In this document: piece by piece, positions 42,033 to 50,827 of the stretch | Layout of the letters: every line of letters begins with the position of its first letter | Position numbering within the stretch: the stretch's first letter is position 1 | Assembly (NCBI GenBank): GCA_963664195.1 | Contig: OY760907.1 | Span: 2,432,001 to 2,496,000 of the forward strand | Direction of reading: 5' to 3' | Source: an uncultured candidate division Zixibacteria bacterium | GTDB lineage: Bacteria; Zixibacteria; MSB-5A5; GN15; FEB-12 | Length of the DNA: 64,000 nt | The notes under the pieces: model-generated | The model's input: the letters and a program-made list of their open reading frames with translations, nothing else | Database searches by the model: none | Told to the model about the DNA's origin: nothing | Translations under genes and position numbers: made by a program

Positions 42033-42811
42033 TATGCTTCCTCCTCCTGGCGATCCCACTGGCTGATCTTACCCATGCTCTTGGCAAGTTCCTGGCGATG
42101 GGCCAGATCGTTGCGCGTGAAGTAATCCTCCGGAATGCCCTTGGTCTTCGTAAGATGCGCGGCGAATTCTTTCGTGATCGTCGGACGTCCGGTGGTCTCG
42201 CATTTGATCAGTTCAAACTCGCGACCCCATATCTTCCGGGTGAACCCGCGATCTTCGTACTTGATGAAATTCGTCGGACAAATCTGCGCGCAGGCCAAAC
42301 AGCCGACGCAATCCTTCGGCGCCTCACCCAGCGGCGGGGCGATTTCTTTGCCGTGACCGCGTCCCATCGTTGAGATTGCCTTGAAGCCCATCTCGTCGCA
42401 GACGCGAGTGCACAGGCCGCAGAGTATACAGTCGTCGCCGTCGGGGATTTCCTCGTAGGTCGTTTTAGTGATCCCGTGTTCGGCAGCCATCTCCTGCACC
42501 AGTTTCGCTTTCGGCGAACGGGCCAGCATCAGGTCGAGCAAGGTCTTGCGAAGTTCAACCACGTCATCGGAGTGCGTGGTGACAATCAGGTCCTGTTCGA
42601 CGGGGTAGAGGCACGACGTTACCTGTTTTGTCCAGCCGCCCCAATCGGGTTTGCCGATCTCCACCGTGCACAGGCGGCAGGCACCGTACGGTTCCACAGC
42701 ATCGTGATGGCACGTGGTCGGGATGTTGATCCCCTGGCGTTTGATCACCGCCAGAACCATTTCGCCTTCCTCGGCCTGTACCAGTTTTCCATTTATGGTC
42801 AGTGTAACCAT
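42032..42811 (-). CDS. short HydA/NuoG-N-terminal-like Fe-S subunit (BfuA-like), no catalytic domain
   Basis: 2Fe-2S GACRLC..SC; CILCGLCTRVC; CVGCLACAQICP; only 259 aa. Confidence 0.85.
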   Translation of the reverse strand: MVTLTINGKLVQAEEGEMVLAVIKRQGINIPTTCHHDAVEPYGACRLCTVEIGKPDWGGWTKQVTSCLYPVEQDLIVTTHSDDVVELRKTLLDLMLARSPKAKLVQEMAAEHGITKTTYEEIPDGDDCILCGLCTRVCDEMGFKAISTMGRGHGKEIAPPLGEAPKDCVGCLACAQICPTNFIKYEDRGFTRKIWGREFELIKCETTGRPTITKEFAAHLTKTKGIPEDYFTRNDLAHRQELAKSMGKISQWDRQEEEA

Positions 42812-42820
42812 CTATAGCTC

Positions 42821-44674
42821 CTAGTGAACATCTATCGCGTTAAAGTTGCACACGGCAACGCAGGCGCCGCACTGGGTGCACAAGTCCTGGTCGATGACAT
42901 GTTTCTCTTTCTTTTCGCCCGTGATTGCGTCGTAGGCGCAGGCCTTAATACAGGCCAAACATCCGGTGCATTCGTCGTTGACTTCGTAGGTGATCAACTC
43001 ACGGCACACTCCGGCCGGGCATCGTTTGTCACGAATGTGAGCAACATATTCGTCTCGGAAATACTTCAGAGTCGACAGCAGCGGATTCGGTCCCGACTGC
43101 CCCAGTCCGCAAAGGGAACCGTTGACAATCGCTTTGGACAGCCGCTCCATCTTTTCAAGGTCTTCCTCTTCGCCGCGTCCCTCGCTGATCTTCACCAGCA
43201 GCTTGTGCAACTGATAGAGACCCTCGCGACACGGAGTGCACTTGCCACAGGATTCCTTGACCAGGAAGTCCGTGAAGTACTTGGCGACATCAACCATGCA
43301 GGTCCGGTCGTCCATGACGATCATGCCGCCGGATCCCATCATGGAACCGTTCTCGGTCAGCGAGTCGAAATCAACCGGCAGATCGAGTTTCGATTCCGGC
43401 AGACAGCCGCCTGACGGGCCTCCCGTCTGGACAGCTTTGAACGGACGGTCATCGATAATCCCGCCGCCGATGTTAAATATGATCTCGCGCAGCGTGATGC
43501 CCATCGGCACTTCGATCAACCCGGTGTTGCGAACTTTGCCGACGAGGGAGAAGACTTTCGTCCCGGAGCTTTTCTTGGTGCCGATTTTGGCGTACCAGGC
43601 GGCTCCCTTCTCGAAAATGATCGGGATGTTGGCGTAAGTCTCGACGTTATTCAGCACGGTCGGCTGATCGTACAGACCTTTGACGACCGAGCGAACGTAT
43701 TTGGCGCGAGGCTCACCGACCTCGCCGGCAATTGATTTCATCAGCGCCGAGGATTCACCGCAGACAAAAGCTCCGGCACCGCGGGCGATGCGGACGTCAA
43801 ACGCAAAGTCGGTTCCAAAGATGTTCTCTCCGAGCAGGCCTTGCTTGCGACAGTCTTCGATTGCCTTCTGCATGTGGACCACTGCCAGCGGGTACTCATC
43901 GCGAACGTAAATGTACCCCTGTTTCGCGCCCACCGCATACGCGGCGATAGCGAGGCCTTCAAGCACCGAGTGCGGGTCGCCTTCCATGATCGAGCGATCC
44001 ATGAACGCTCCGGGATCGCCCTCGTCACCGTTGCAGATGACGTAATGAATGTCCGACTCAACGTCGGCACAGGTGCGCCATTTGCGTCCGGCCGGGAAAC
44101 CGCCGCCGCCACGGCCGCGGAGGCCGGATTTGGAGACCTCGGTTATCACTTCGTCGGGAGTCATTTTCGTCAGCACTTTGGCCAGCGATTGATAACCGCC
44201 GTTGGCGATATAGTCATTGATATTGTGCGGGGCGATCTTGCCGAGGTCGCGAAGCGCGATTCGCTGCTGGTGGGAGAAAAACGCGACATCGGGATATCGC
44301 TCAATCTTCTTTTTGGTTGCAGGGTCCGTGTAGAGGTGTTTTTCGATTACCTCGTCACTACGAATCGACTTATCGAGGATATCGGCTACGTCTTTCACTT
44401 TCACTTTCGTGTAAAACGTGCCCTTCGGCTCGATAATCACCAGCGGTCCCTGTTCGCAGAATCCGTGGCAGCCGGTAGAGCGGACGGCCTCAATGGAGAA
44501 GCCCTTGATGCGCTTCTTCTTGAGGATAGCTTCGAATTCGTCGACGATCTCCTGCGCACCGTTGGCCAGACAGCCGGTACCGCAGCAGATCATCACTTTC
44601 TTTTCGAACTTGGCGTCGCCCTCACGGAATTCTTTCTGGACCTGCTTGAGCTGCTTGGAATTAGTAATACACAT
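42821..44674 (-). CDS. HydB/BfuB-like FMN/NADH subunit
   Basis: N-terminal CCGTGC..GCHGFC domain; GLRGRGGGGFP; NGDEGDPGAFMDR; ESCGKCTPCR; LCGLG; H-x4-RCPAGVC; C-terminal 2x[4Fe-4S]. Confidence 0.93.
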   Translation of the reverse strand: MCITNSKQLKQVQKEFREGDAKFEKKVMICCGTGCLANGAQEIVDEFEAILKKKRIKGFSIEAVRSTGCHGFCEQGPLVIIEPKGTFYTKVKVKDVADILDKSIRSDEVIEKHLYTDPATKKKIERYPDVAFFSHQQRIALRDLGKIAPHNINDYIANGGYQSLAKVLTKMTPDEVITEVSKSGLRGRGGGGFPAGRKWRTCADVESDIHYVICNGDEGDPGAFMDRSIMEGDPHSVLEGLAIAAYAVGAKQGYIYVRDEYPLAVVHMQKAIEDCRKQGLLGENIFGTDFAFDVRIARGAGAFVCGESSALMKSIAGEVGEPRAKYVRSVVKGLYDQPTVLNNVETYANIPIIFEKGAAWYAKIGTKKSSGTKVFSLVGKVRNTGLIEVPMGITLREIIFNIGGGIIDDRPFKAVQTGGPSGGCLPESKLDLPVDFDSLTENGSMMGSGGMIVMDDRTCMVDVAKYFTDFLVKESCGKCTPCREGLYQLHKLLVKISEGRGEEEDLEKMERLSKAIVNGSLCGLGQSGPNPLLSTLKYFRDEYVAHIRDKRCPAGVCRELITYEVNDECTGCLACIKACAYDAITGEKKEKHVIDQDLCTQCGACVAVCNFNAIDVH

Positions 44675-44675
44675 A

Positions 44676-45131
44676 TTACTTGATCTCCACCAGCTTGGCG
44701 GCCTTGTTCACTTTGCACGAGCCGTGATACTTGTCGTTGACAATCACGACCGGCGCCATAGCACACGCACCGACACAGGCGACTGCTTCGAGAGTGTACT
44801 CCATGTCTTCGCTTGTTTCGCCGGCCTTGATGCCCAACTTGTTCTCGATCTGGCCCTGAATCAACTGTGCGCCGCGAATATGGCAGGCTGTGCCCAGGCA
44901 GACCTTGATGATATTCTTGCCGCGCGGCTTGAGCGAAAACGAATTATAGAACGACGACACCGATGACACCTTGCTCAGCGGAATGTTCAGCGCCTCAGCC
45001 GTCTGAGTGAGCGCTTCCGGGGGAAGGTAGTTGTACTCCTTCTGGATGTCCTGAAGGATCATGACAAGTGCTTCCTGATCCTGCGGGTGTCGGGCTATTA
45101 TCTCGGGTATTTTGCTGAATTCCTGACTCAT
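44676..45131 (-). CDS. HydC/BfuC (NuoE-like) 2Fe-2S subunit
   Basis: VCLGTACH...ACVGACAMAP. Confidence 0.92.
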   Translation of the reverse strand: MSQEFSKIPEIIARHPQDQEALVMILQDIQKEYNYLPPEALTQTAEALNIPLSKVSSVSSFYNSFSLKPRGKNIIKVCLGTACHIRGAQLIQGQIENKLGIKAGETSEDMEYTLEAVACVGACAMAPVVIVNDKYHGSCKVNKAAKLVEIK

Positions 45132-45691
45132 GTTTTCTGTACCTTGGCGAGGCGTTCCTCCGCGAGTTTCTGACCCGCGTCGATCATTTTCATGTTGGTC
45201 GCCAGCAGATCCTTCTTCTTTCCCAGCTTCTGCTCCAGGGTCAGTTTGAGGTTGTCAATACTGACCACGCCGGTGGCTGCTACAAACGCGCTGAGCATGA
45301 TCACGTTGGCCACCTTGACGCTGCCCGCTTCGAGTGCCATCTGGTTGGCCGGGACGAGAATCTCGGTGATATCTTTGCGTTCCGATGAAACGTTGATCAG
45401 CGATGAATTGACCAGCAGCAGACCGCCCTTTTTGACCTTCGGCTCAAACTTGTCAAACGACGGTCGGTTGAACACACACGCGCTCTGCGGACTGTTTATG
45501 ATCGGTGAACCGATACGCTCGTCCGAGACCACCACCGTGCAGTAGGCGGTGCCGCCGCGCATCTCCGGACCGTACGAGGGGATCCAGACCACGTTTTTGC
45601 CCTCGTTGATGCCGGTGTAGGCGAGAAGCTGACCTGCTACCATAATGCCCTGACCGCCGAATCCGGCGAAAGTAACTTCGAACTGTGCCAT
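45128..45691 (-). CDS. 2-oxoacid:ferredoxin oxidoreductase gamma subunit
   Basis: AGFGGQG; PSYGPEMRGG. Confidence 0.95.
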   Translation of the reverse strand: MAQFEVTFAGFGGQGIMVAGQLLAYTGINEGKNVVWIPSYGPEMRGGTAYCTVVVSDERIGSPIINSPQSACVFNRPSFDKFEPKVKKGGLLLVNSSLINVSSERKDITEILVPANQMALEAGSVKVANVIMLSAFVAATGVVSIDNLKLTLEQKLGKKKDLLATNMKMIDAGQKLAEERLAKVQKT

Positions 45692-46449
45692 TAGTTACCT
45701 CCCCCTTCCGGAGTGGAATAAAGGCCGAGCCTGTAATATTCCAGCATGTTTTCCTTTAGCCAGGCAGTGGAATCGTTGGGCGTCATTCCCCAGTTCGTCG
45801 GGCAGGTCGACAGCACTTCCACAAGGGAGAAGCAACGGCCTTCGTCCTGATACTTGAACGCCTGCTTAATTGCTTTCTTGGCTTTGACGATGTGCTGCGG
45901 AGAGTGAACCGACACCCGCTCGATATACGATGGCGTCGCCAGTGTTGACAGCAACTCAGACATGCGGATCGGCATACCCACCGAGGAAACGTCGCGTCCG
46001 GCCGGTGAGGTTGCCGTGATCTGTCCCGGAAGAGTGGTAGGGGCCATTTGCCCGCCGGTCATTCCGTAAATGGCGTTGTTGACAAAGATAACCGTGATCT
46101 TCTCGCCACGGTTGGCCGCGTGGACGATCTCGCCCATGCCTATCGAGGCCAGGTCACCGTCGCCCTGATACGTGAACGTTATCATGTCGGGGCGGAGACG
46201 CTTGAAGCCGGTGGCCAGTGCAGGGGCACGACCGTGGGGGGCTTCAAGAAAGTCACAGTTGAAATAATTGTAAATCAGGACCGAGCAGCCCACCGGCGCT
46301 ACGCCGCAGGCTCGTTCTCGAAGTCCCAGCTCGTCAAGGGATTCTGCCACGAGACGGTGGATCACGCCATGCGTGCAGCCGGGGCAGTAATGGGTGACCG
46401 TCTCTTTCAGCGATTCCGGCCGAGCGAAAATGGTTGTTTGATCTTCCAT
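45691..46449 (-). CDS. 2-oxoacid:ferredoxin oxidoreductase beta (TPP) subunit
   Basis: HYCPGC; QGDGD...NN TPP motif; YGMTGGQ. Confidence 0.95.
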   Translation of the reverse strand: MEDQTTIFARPESLKETVTHYCPGCTHGVIHRLVAESLDELGLRERACGVAPVGCSVLIYNYFNCDFLEAPHGRAPALATGFKRLRPDMITFTYQGDGDLASIGMGEIVHAANRGEKITVIFVNNAIYGMTGGQMAPTTLPGQITATSPAGRDVSSVGMPIRMSELLSTLATPSYIERVSVHSPQHIVKAKKAIKQAFKYQDEGRCFSLVEVLSTCPTNWGMTPNDSTAWLKENMLEYYRLGLYSTPEGGGN

Positions 46450-46454
46450 ATCTA

Positions 46455-47555
46455 TCAGCCCTTCTTTCCTGACTTGGACGAAGCCTCTGCACGGATCATC
46501 TCTTTAATCTGCTCCTTGACTTCTTCCGGCGACGGGACAATACCGCCCGTGCGACCAAAGAACTTCACCGGCTTGGCGCCCGCTGCCACCTTCTCGACAT
46601 CCTCAACCATCTGTCCCATGCTCATCTCGACCGTGAGAACGGTCTTGATGTTCTTTTTGAGGATTTCCTTGCTAAGCTCCTTTTCCGGGAACGGATAGAC
46701 GGTGATCGGGCGGAAAAGGCCGACCGAGACTTTCTCAGCCTCAAGTTCGTCGATAACGGTCTGACAGATACGTGCCATCGTGCCGTAGGCGACCATGAGT
46801 ATCTTGTTCTTTGCAGAGACCTTGTAGTTTTCGTAACGAACTTCATTCTTTTTCATTAGTTCGTACTTCTTGAACAATTCATGGTTGTTCTTCTCAAGCG
46901 AAAGCGGATCTAGAAAAAGCGACTTGACGATCTTCGAGGGCCGTCCCTTGCAGCCGGTCAGTGCCCAACCCTCTTTCGAGGGAAGCTCGAACGGCTCTTC
47001 GTACTTCTCCGGGAATTCCACCGCTTCCATCATCTGGCCGATCATACCGTCGCCGATCAACATGACCGGATTGCGATACTTGTCGGCGAGGCTGAAGGCG
47101 AGCATGGTCAGGTCAACCGCTTCCTGAATTGTCGACGGGGCCAGCACGAGAAGACGGTAGTCACCGTGACCGCCGCCCTTGGTTGCCTGGAAATAGTCCG
47201 ACTGTGCCGGAAGAATACCGCCAAGACCCGGGCCACCGCGCATGATATTGAGCAACACGCACGGGAGTTGGGCACCCGCGATGTATGAAATCGATTCCTG
47301 CATCAGGGAGATGCCCGGGCTGGAAGAGGTCGTGAAGACACGTTTGCCCGTAGCGGCAGCGCCGAAGAGCATATTGCCTACTGCAACTTCGCTTTCCGCC
47401 TGGAGAAAAACACCGCCCACCTCCGGCATTCTTTTGGCGAGGTATTCAGCGACCTCCGACTGCGGCGTGATCGGGTAGCAGAAGTAATTGGCTGCTCCCG
47501 CGCGTATGGCCGCCTCGGCTATCGCCTCGTTGCCTTTCATCAGTATTTTTGCCAA
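46455..47555 (-). CDS. 2-oxoacid:ferredoxin oxidoreductase alpha subunit (VorB-like)
   Basis: GNEAIAE; YPITPQSE; QAESE; SSSPGISL; KGGGHGDY. Confidence 0.95.
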   Translation of the reverse strand: MAKILMKGNEAIAEAAIRAGAANYFCYPITPQSEVAEYLAKRMPEVGGVFLQAESEVAVGNMLFGAAATGKRVFTTSSSPGISLMQESISYIAGAQLPCVLLNIMRGGPGLGGILPAQSDYFQATKGGGHGDYRLLVLAPSTIQEAVDLTMLAFSLADKYRNPVMLIGDGMIGQMMEAVEFPEKYEEPFELPSKEGWALTGCKGRPSKIVKSLFLDPLSLEKNNHELFKKYELMKKNEVRYENYKVSAKNKILMVAYGTMARICQTVIDELEAEKVSVGLFRPITVYPFPEKELSKEILKKNIKTVLTVEMSMGQMVEDVEKVAAGAKPVKFFGRTGGIVPSPEEVKEQIKEMIRAEASSKSGKKG

Positions 47556-47586
47556 AGCTCTGTTCCTCTAAGCTTCCTGACTCTTC

Positions 47587-47820
47587 TCAGTATTCGAAGA
47601 GTACAAATTGTGTCCCGTGAGTGTTTACTTCAATCGCTGAATCGGGGCAGGTGATGGCACATATCCGACAGCCGATACAGCGTGACGGATCGTGCATCTT
47701 GGCGTAGAAATAGCCCCGCAGCGTGATCTCTTTGGACATGGACAGAATCTGCTGCGGACAGGCCTGCACGCAGAGTTCGCATCCTTTGCAATGGTTCTTG
47801 TCTATGGATACACTGGGCAT
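47587..47820 (-). CDS. 2x[4Fe-4S] ferredoxin / oxidoreductase delta subunit
   Basis: CKGCELCVQACP and CIGCRICAITCP. Confidence 0.93.
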   Translation of the reverse strand: MPSVSIDKNHCKGCELCVQACPQQILSMSKEITLRGYFYAKMHDPSRCIGCRICAITCPDSAIEVNTHGTQFVLFEY

Positions 47821-47846
47821 AGTTGTTTCCTCAATACTCAACTCGT

Positions 47847-48557
47847 TCAGGTCGAGGATTTCCTTTCCCAAGGTTTTAACAAAGAGCGGTTAATGGGCAG
47901 AACGGGAAACTCCACATCGCCCTTTTTCAATTCGGCCAAAGCCCTCTCGATTCCGGTCACGAACACAATCGGCAATTCCGATCTCGCCGAGACCTCTCGA
48001 GCCAACTTCAACCCGTCGAGCACTACTTCCGCGGTTGTATCATCAATCAAATGTGCATTTGAGATGATACCTGTGAACTGCAGTCTGCTCGCGGTTTCTA
48101 TCTGTTTTATCATATCCATCGCACCGTCGACATCGGCCGTAAACGGGCGATTCTTGTTCAGGGTAAGCCACAACTCGTATCCGTTCGGCGCGAAAGCATC
48201 CCCAAGCGACTTGAGCACGGTTGCACCCAGGTCATCGCCGCCGACATCAAGAATTAACACACCTTCGTGCTGCCCCAATGCCCCTTTAATCTCCGGCACG
48301 ATAATCGGCAGGTCGGCATCGGCCCATTCGCCTTCCGGAATCAAAGATCGTACCCCATATAGTGCCAACTCTTTGGCTGCTTCGCGGGACCGGAAGTAAG
48401 GATTAACGATATCCAGATCAGCAATAGTGACGGGAACAGAAGAAGCAGAGGCGAGATGGCGGGCCAAATTCACAGCAACTTCAGACTTTCCACTGCCAAA
48501 GCTGCCAACGATAACGATGGTGTCTTTTGAGAATGCTAGTGGTGGAAAGTTGCTCAT
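47847..48557 (-). CDS. MinD-like P-loop ATPase
   Basis: GSFGSGKS; DLDIVNPYFRSRE; LDVGGD. Confidence 0.85.
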   Translation of the reverse strand: MSNFPPLAFSKDTIVIVGSFGSGKSEVAVNLARHLASASSVPVTIADLDIVNPYFRSREAAKELALYGVRSLIPEGEWADADLPIIVPEIKGALGQHEGVLILDVGGDDLGATVLKSLGDAFAPNGYELWLTLNKNRPFTADVDGAMDMIKQIETASRLQFTGIISNAHLIDDTTAEVVLDGLKLAREVSARSELPIVFVTGIERALAELKKGDVEFPVLPINRSLLKPWERKSST

Positions 48558-48770
48558 CCCTGCCTTTGCTGGTTTGTTCGTCAGGCTGTCCGTATGCCCC
48601 CGCCTGGCTATTTTGAGCCGCCCTCGAAGAGCTTGTCAGGACACGATTTGGACGAATAGTCTTATCCTCGAAAATATGGCCGGATTTGCAGGTGAAGTCA
48701 AGCGCAATTGTGAAAAAAATAACTACACTCCTGCGTCTATTGTCTTGTGTTGTGTTAGTTATCGTGTTGT

Positions 48771-48788
48771 ACGTTAAGTACTTAACGT
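48771..48788. promoter_or_regulatory. perfect 18-bp palindrome in a divergent promoter region
   Basis: ACGTTAAGT-ACTTAACGT. Confidence 0.5.
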
Positions 48789-49007
48789 GACCCTCGCCAA
48801 CCAATAGCGGCCCGTCCAACACGGTGATTCGGCCTATTGTGCCGCCGCTCGATTTGTCAACCGGGTTTGCCCGCCGGATGCCCTTGATCTGCGTGGAAAG
48901 ATCAAGTATTATGGCCTTTGTTGTCGTTACAAAATCGACGCAAAACACACCGGTGGTATGTACTCAACCTTCAGCACATAGAATCCGGTCGTTAAGGGAG
49001 TGACGTC

Positions 49008-49784
49008 ATGACCGATCAGAAGTGGAAAACCGCCATTACCAAGACAACGCCCACGGATATCCGCATCAAAGGCTATGATATCGCCGACATCATGGAAAAC
49101 CTCTCGTACGCTGAGGTCGTCTATCTGTTATTCAGGGGAGAGTTGCCGAATGAGGCGGAGGCTGAGTTGATGAACGCCATGTTGGTGTGTACGGTGGATC
49201 ACAGCGCGTCACCGCCTTCGGTGCTTGCCGCTCGCACGGTGGCGTCCTGTGGCAATTCGCTCAACGCCGCTATTGCCGGCGGCATGCTGGCAATCGGTGA
49301 CAACCACGGCGGGGCAATCGAGCAGTCGGCCCGTCTCATGCAGCAATGGGCGGCCCGGATTGACGAGTTCGACGGCGATTACGATACTCTGGCCACAAAG
49401 ATGGCCGACTGGCTGGCCGAGAACAAGCGACGCATGCCCGGCTACGGCCACAAACTGCATACGGCCGATCCGCGCACCGTCAAGCTGTTTGAAATAGCCG
49501 AGCGTCGTGGCTACTCCGGCACCCACATCAAGCTCAGTCGCGCCCTACAGAAGGTCATCAGCGAGCGACGGGGCAAAACGACGCCGATCAATATCAACGG
49601 GGCAGTTGCGGCTTTGATCTCAGACATGGGGTTCGATTGGCGATTAGGCAAGGGCTTCTTCATCATTTCACGAGTGCCGGGACTGATGGCCCACGCCTAC
49701 GAAGAGATGACCCGCGAGAAACCGATGCGTGTCCTCGGCCCCCCGCCCTACGAGTACGACGGCCCCGATGACCGGGAGATGTAG
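49008..49784 (+). CDS. citryl-CoA lyase / short citrate-synthase-family protein
   Basis: WKTAIT, DH, HGGA, PGYGH, DPR and NINGA motifs; 258 aa. Confidence 0.88.
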   Translation: MTDQKWKTAITKTTPTDIRIKGYDIADIMENLSYAEVVYLLFRGELPNEAEAELMNAMLVCTVDHSASPPSVLAARTVASCGNSLNAAIAGGMLAIGDNHGGAIEQSARLMQQWAARIDEFDGDYDTLATKMADWLAENKRRMPGYGHKLHTADPRTVKLFEIAERRGYSGTHIKLSRALQKVISERRGKTTPININGAVAALISDMGFDWRLGKGFFIISRVPGLMAHAYEEMTREKPMRVLGPPPYEYDGPDDREM

Positions 49785-49981
49785 CGGCAGATTGGACTTA
49801 GTGCTAGCGGCCAGTCAGTTAGGGGATATTGTGCTCCTCTACTCAGGCACTCAGCCTGAAAGGGTTTGACATCTACACTATCGTCGATTGGAAGTTGGTC
49901 CCAAATGGCGTACCGCGCGAGCTACCTTGGGAGACAGCTCTACAGCCGTAAGGAGCGGGCAAGAAACCGATAGATGAGTCT

Positions 49982-50083
49982 CTAAGACTCCTCCGATTCG
50001 GCAAAGAAAGATATCGTCTTTGCGATGGCGGTCGCAACTATGGCCAGACCACCCAGTATGAAAAGAATATCCATGATATACAT
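49982..50083 (-). CDS. possible 33-aa single-TM peptide
   Basis: MYIMDILFILGGLAIVATAIAKTISFFAESEES; below the ORF-track cutoff; RBS spacing is poor. Confidence 0.35.
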   Translation of the reverse strand: MYIMDILFILGGLAIVATAIAKTISFFAESEES

Positions 50084-50235
50084 ATCGGAATCTCACATCA
50101 TTTCTCCATTGGTTATACGGAAAACCTGCCTTTCCGAGCATCATTTAACGAAATCACGACGTTTTTTGTTGCCCAGCGACGGATATTGTCTATTATAGTC
50201 AATCAATACCATGAAGTCGGGAGGGCTTTGCGCCG

Positions 50236-50826
50236 TTGACTGACGACCAGTACAAAAAGATCAAGCAAGACTTCGACAAGCTACAGACTCAGTCAAAGCT
50301 GATGAACCTGAAGATGGTTAACATCGGCTTTTTGGGACTGCTATACTTCCTGTACGCCATCGTCTTTACCTTCGTGTATTCCGAGATCGTATTCTTCGAA
50401 GGCAAGGGAACTTACGCGCCCCCTGAACATACGGTCGAGGAAACCGCCCCCGTTGACACCGGCGGATCCGCAAAGGAAGATCAGGCGAGCAAGCCCGGAA
50501 CATATATCTTTGTTCCTGACGGAGTGAAGGGGCCCATTTTTGCCATTTATTACGCTGCGATGGCGTTTCTTTATCTTCGTCTCTCAGTCATGGTATGCAA
50601 GATAACCAGTAGGGTGGAGTTGAGGTCACTCTTCAAGAGTTGGTTGACTTGGAGGCTTATCGCCTATATACTGTTTTTGAATGTTGGCCTTGTCGGCTTT
50701 GCATATTTCTTTGACATGATTCCAGGCAGTTACGTGCTTTCGTGGGCGATCACTGCGATAACCTTCTTGTATTTGGTTTTCTTTACGGTTTCGTTGGTGA
50801 TTAAGCACTTTGGAGGGGATGATTGA
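50236..50826 (+). CDS. hypothetical membrane protein (about 4 TM)
   Basis: TTG start with GGAGG upstream; hydrophobic segments; no recognised family. Confidence 0.7.
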   Translation: MTDDQYKKIKQDFDKLQTQSKLMNLKMVNIGFLGLLYFLYAIVFTFVYSEIVFFEGKGTYAPPEHTVEETAPVDTGGSAKEDQASKPGTYIFVPDGVKGPIFAIYYAAMAFLYLRLSVMVCKITSRVELRSLFKSWLTWRLIAYILFLNVGLVGFAYFFDMIPGSYVLSWAITAITFLYLVFFTVSLVIKHFGGDD

Positions 50827-50827
50827 T

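Noticed and set aside
42821..45131. A second nuoEF of a duplicate complex I
   Set aside because: Extra N- and C-terminal Fe-S domains and no membrane subunits indicate a HydBC/Bfu-type module.
50084..50101. In-frame ATG-ATG-TGA upstream of the small TM peptide as a second Sec codon
   Set aside because: No SECIS-like hairpin or redox motif; likely chance.
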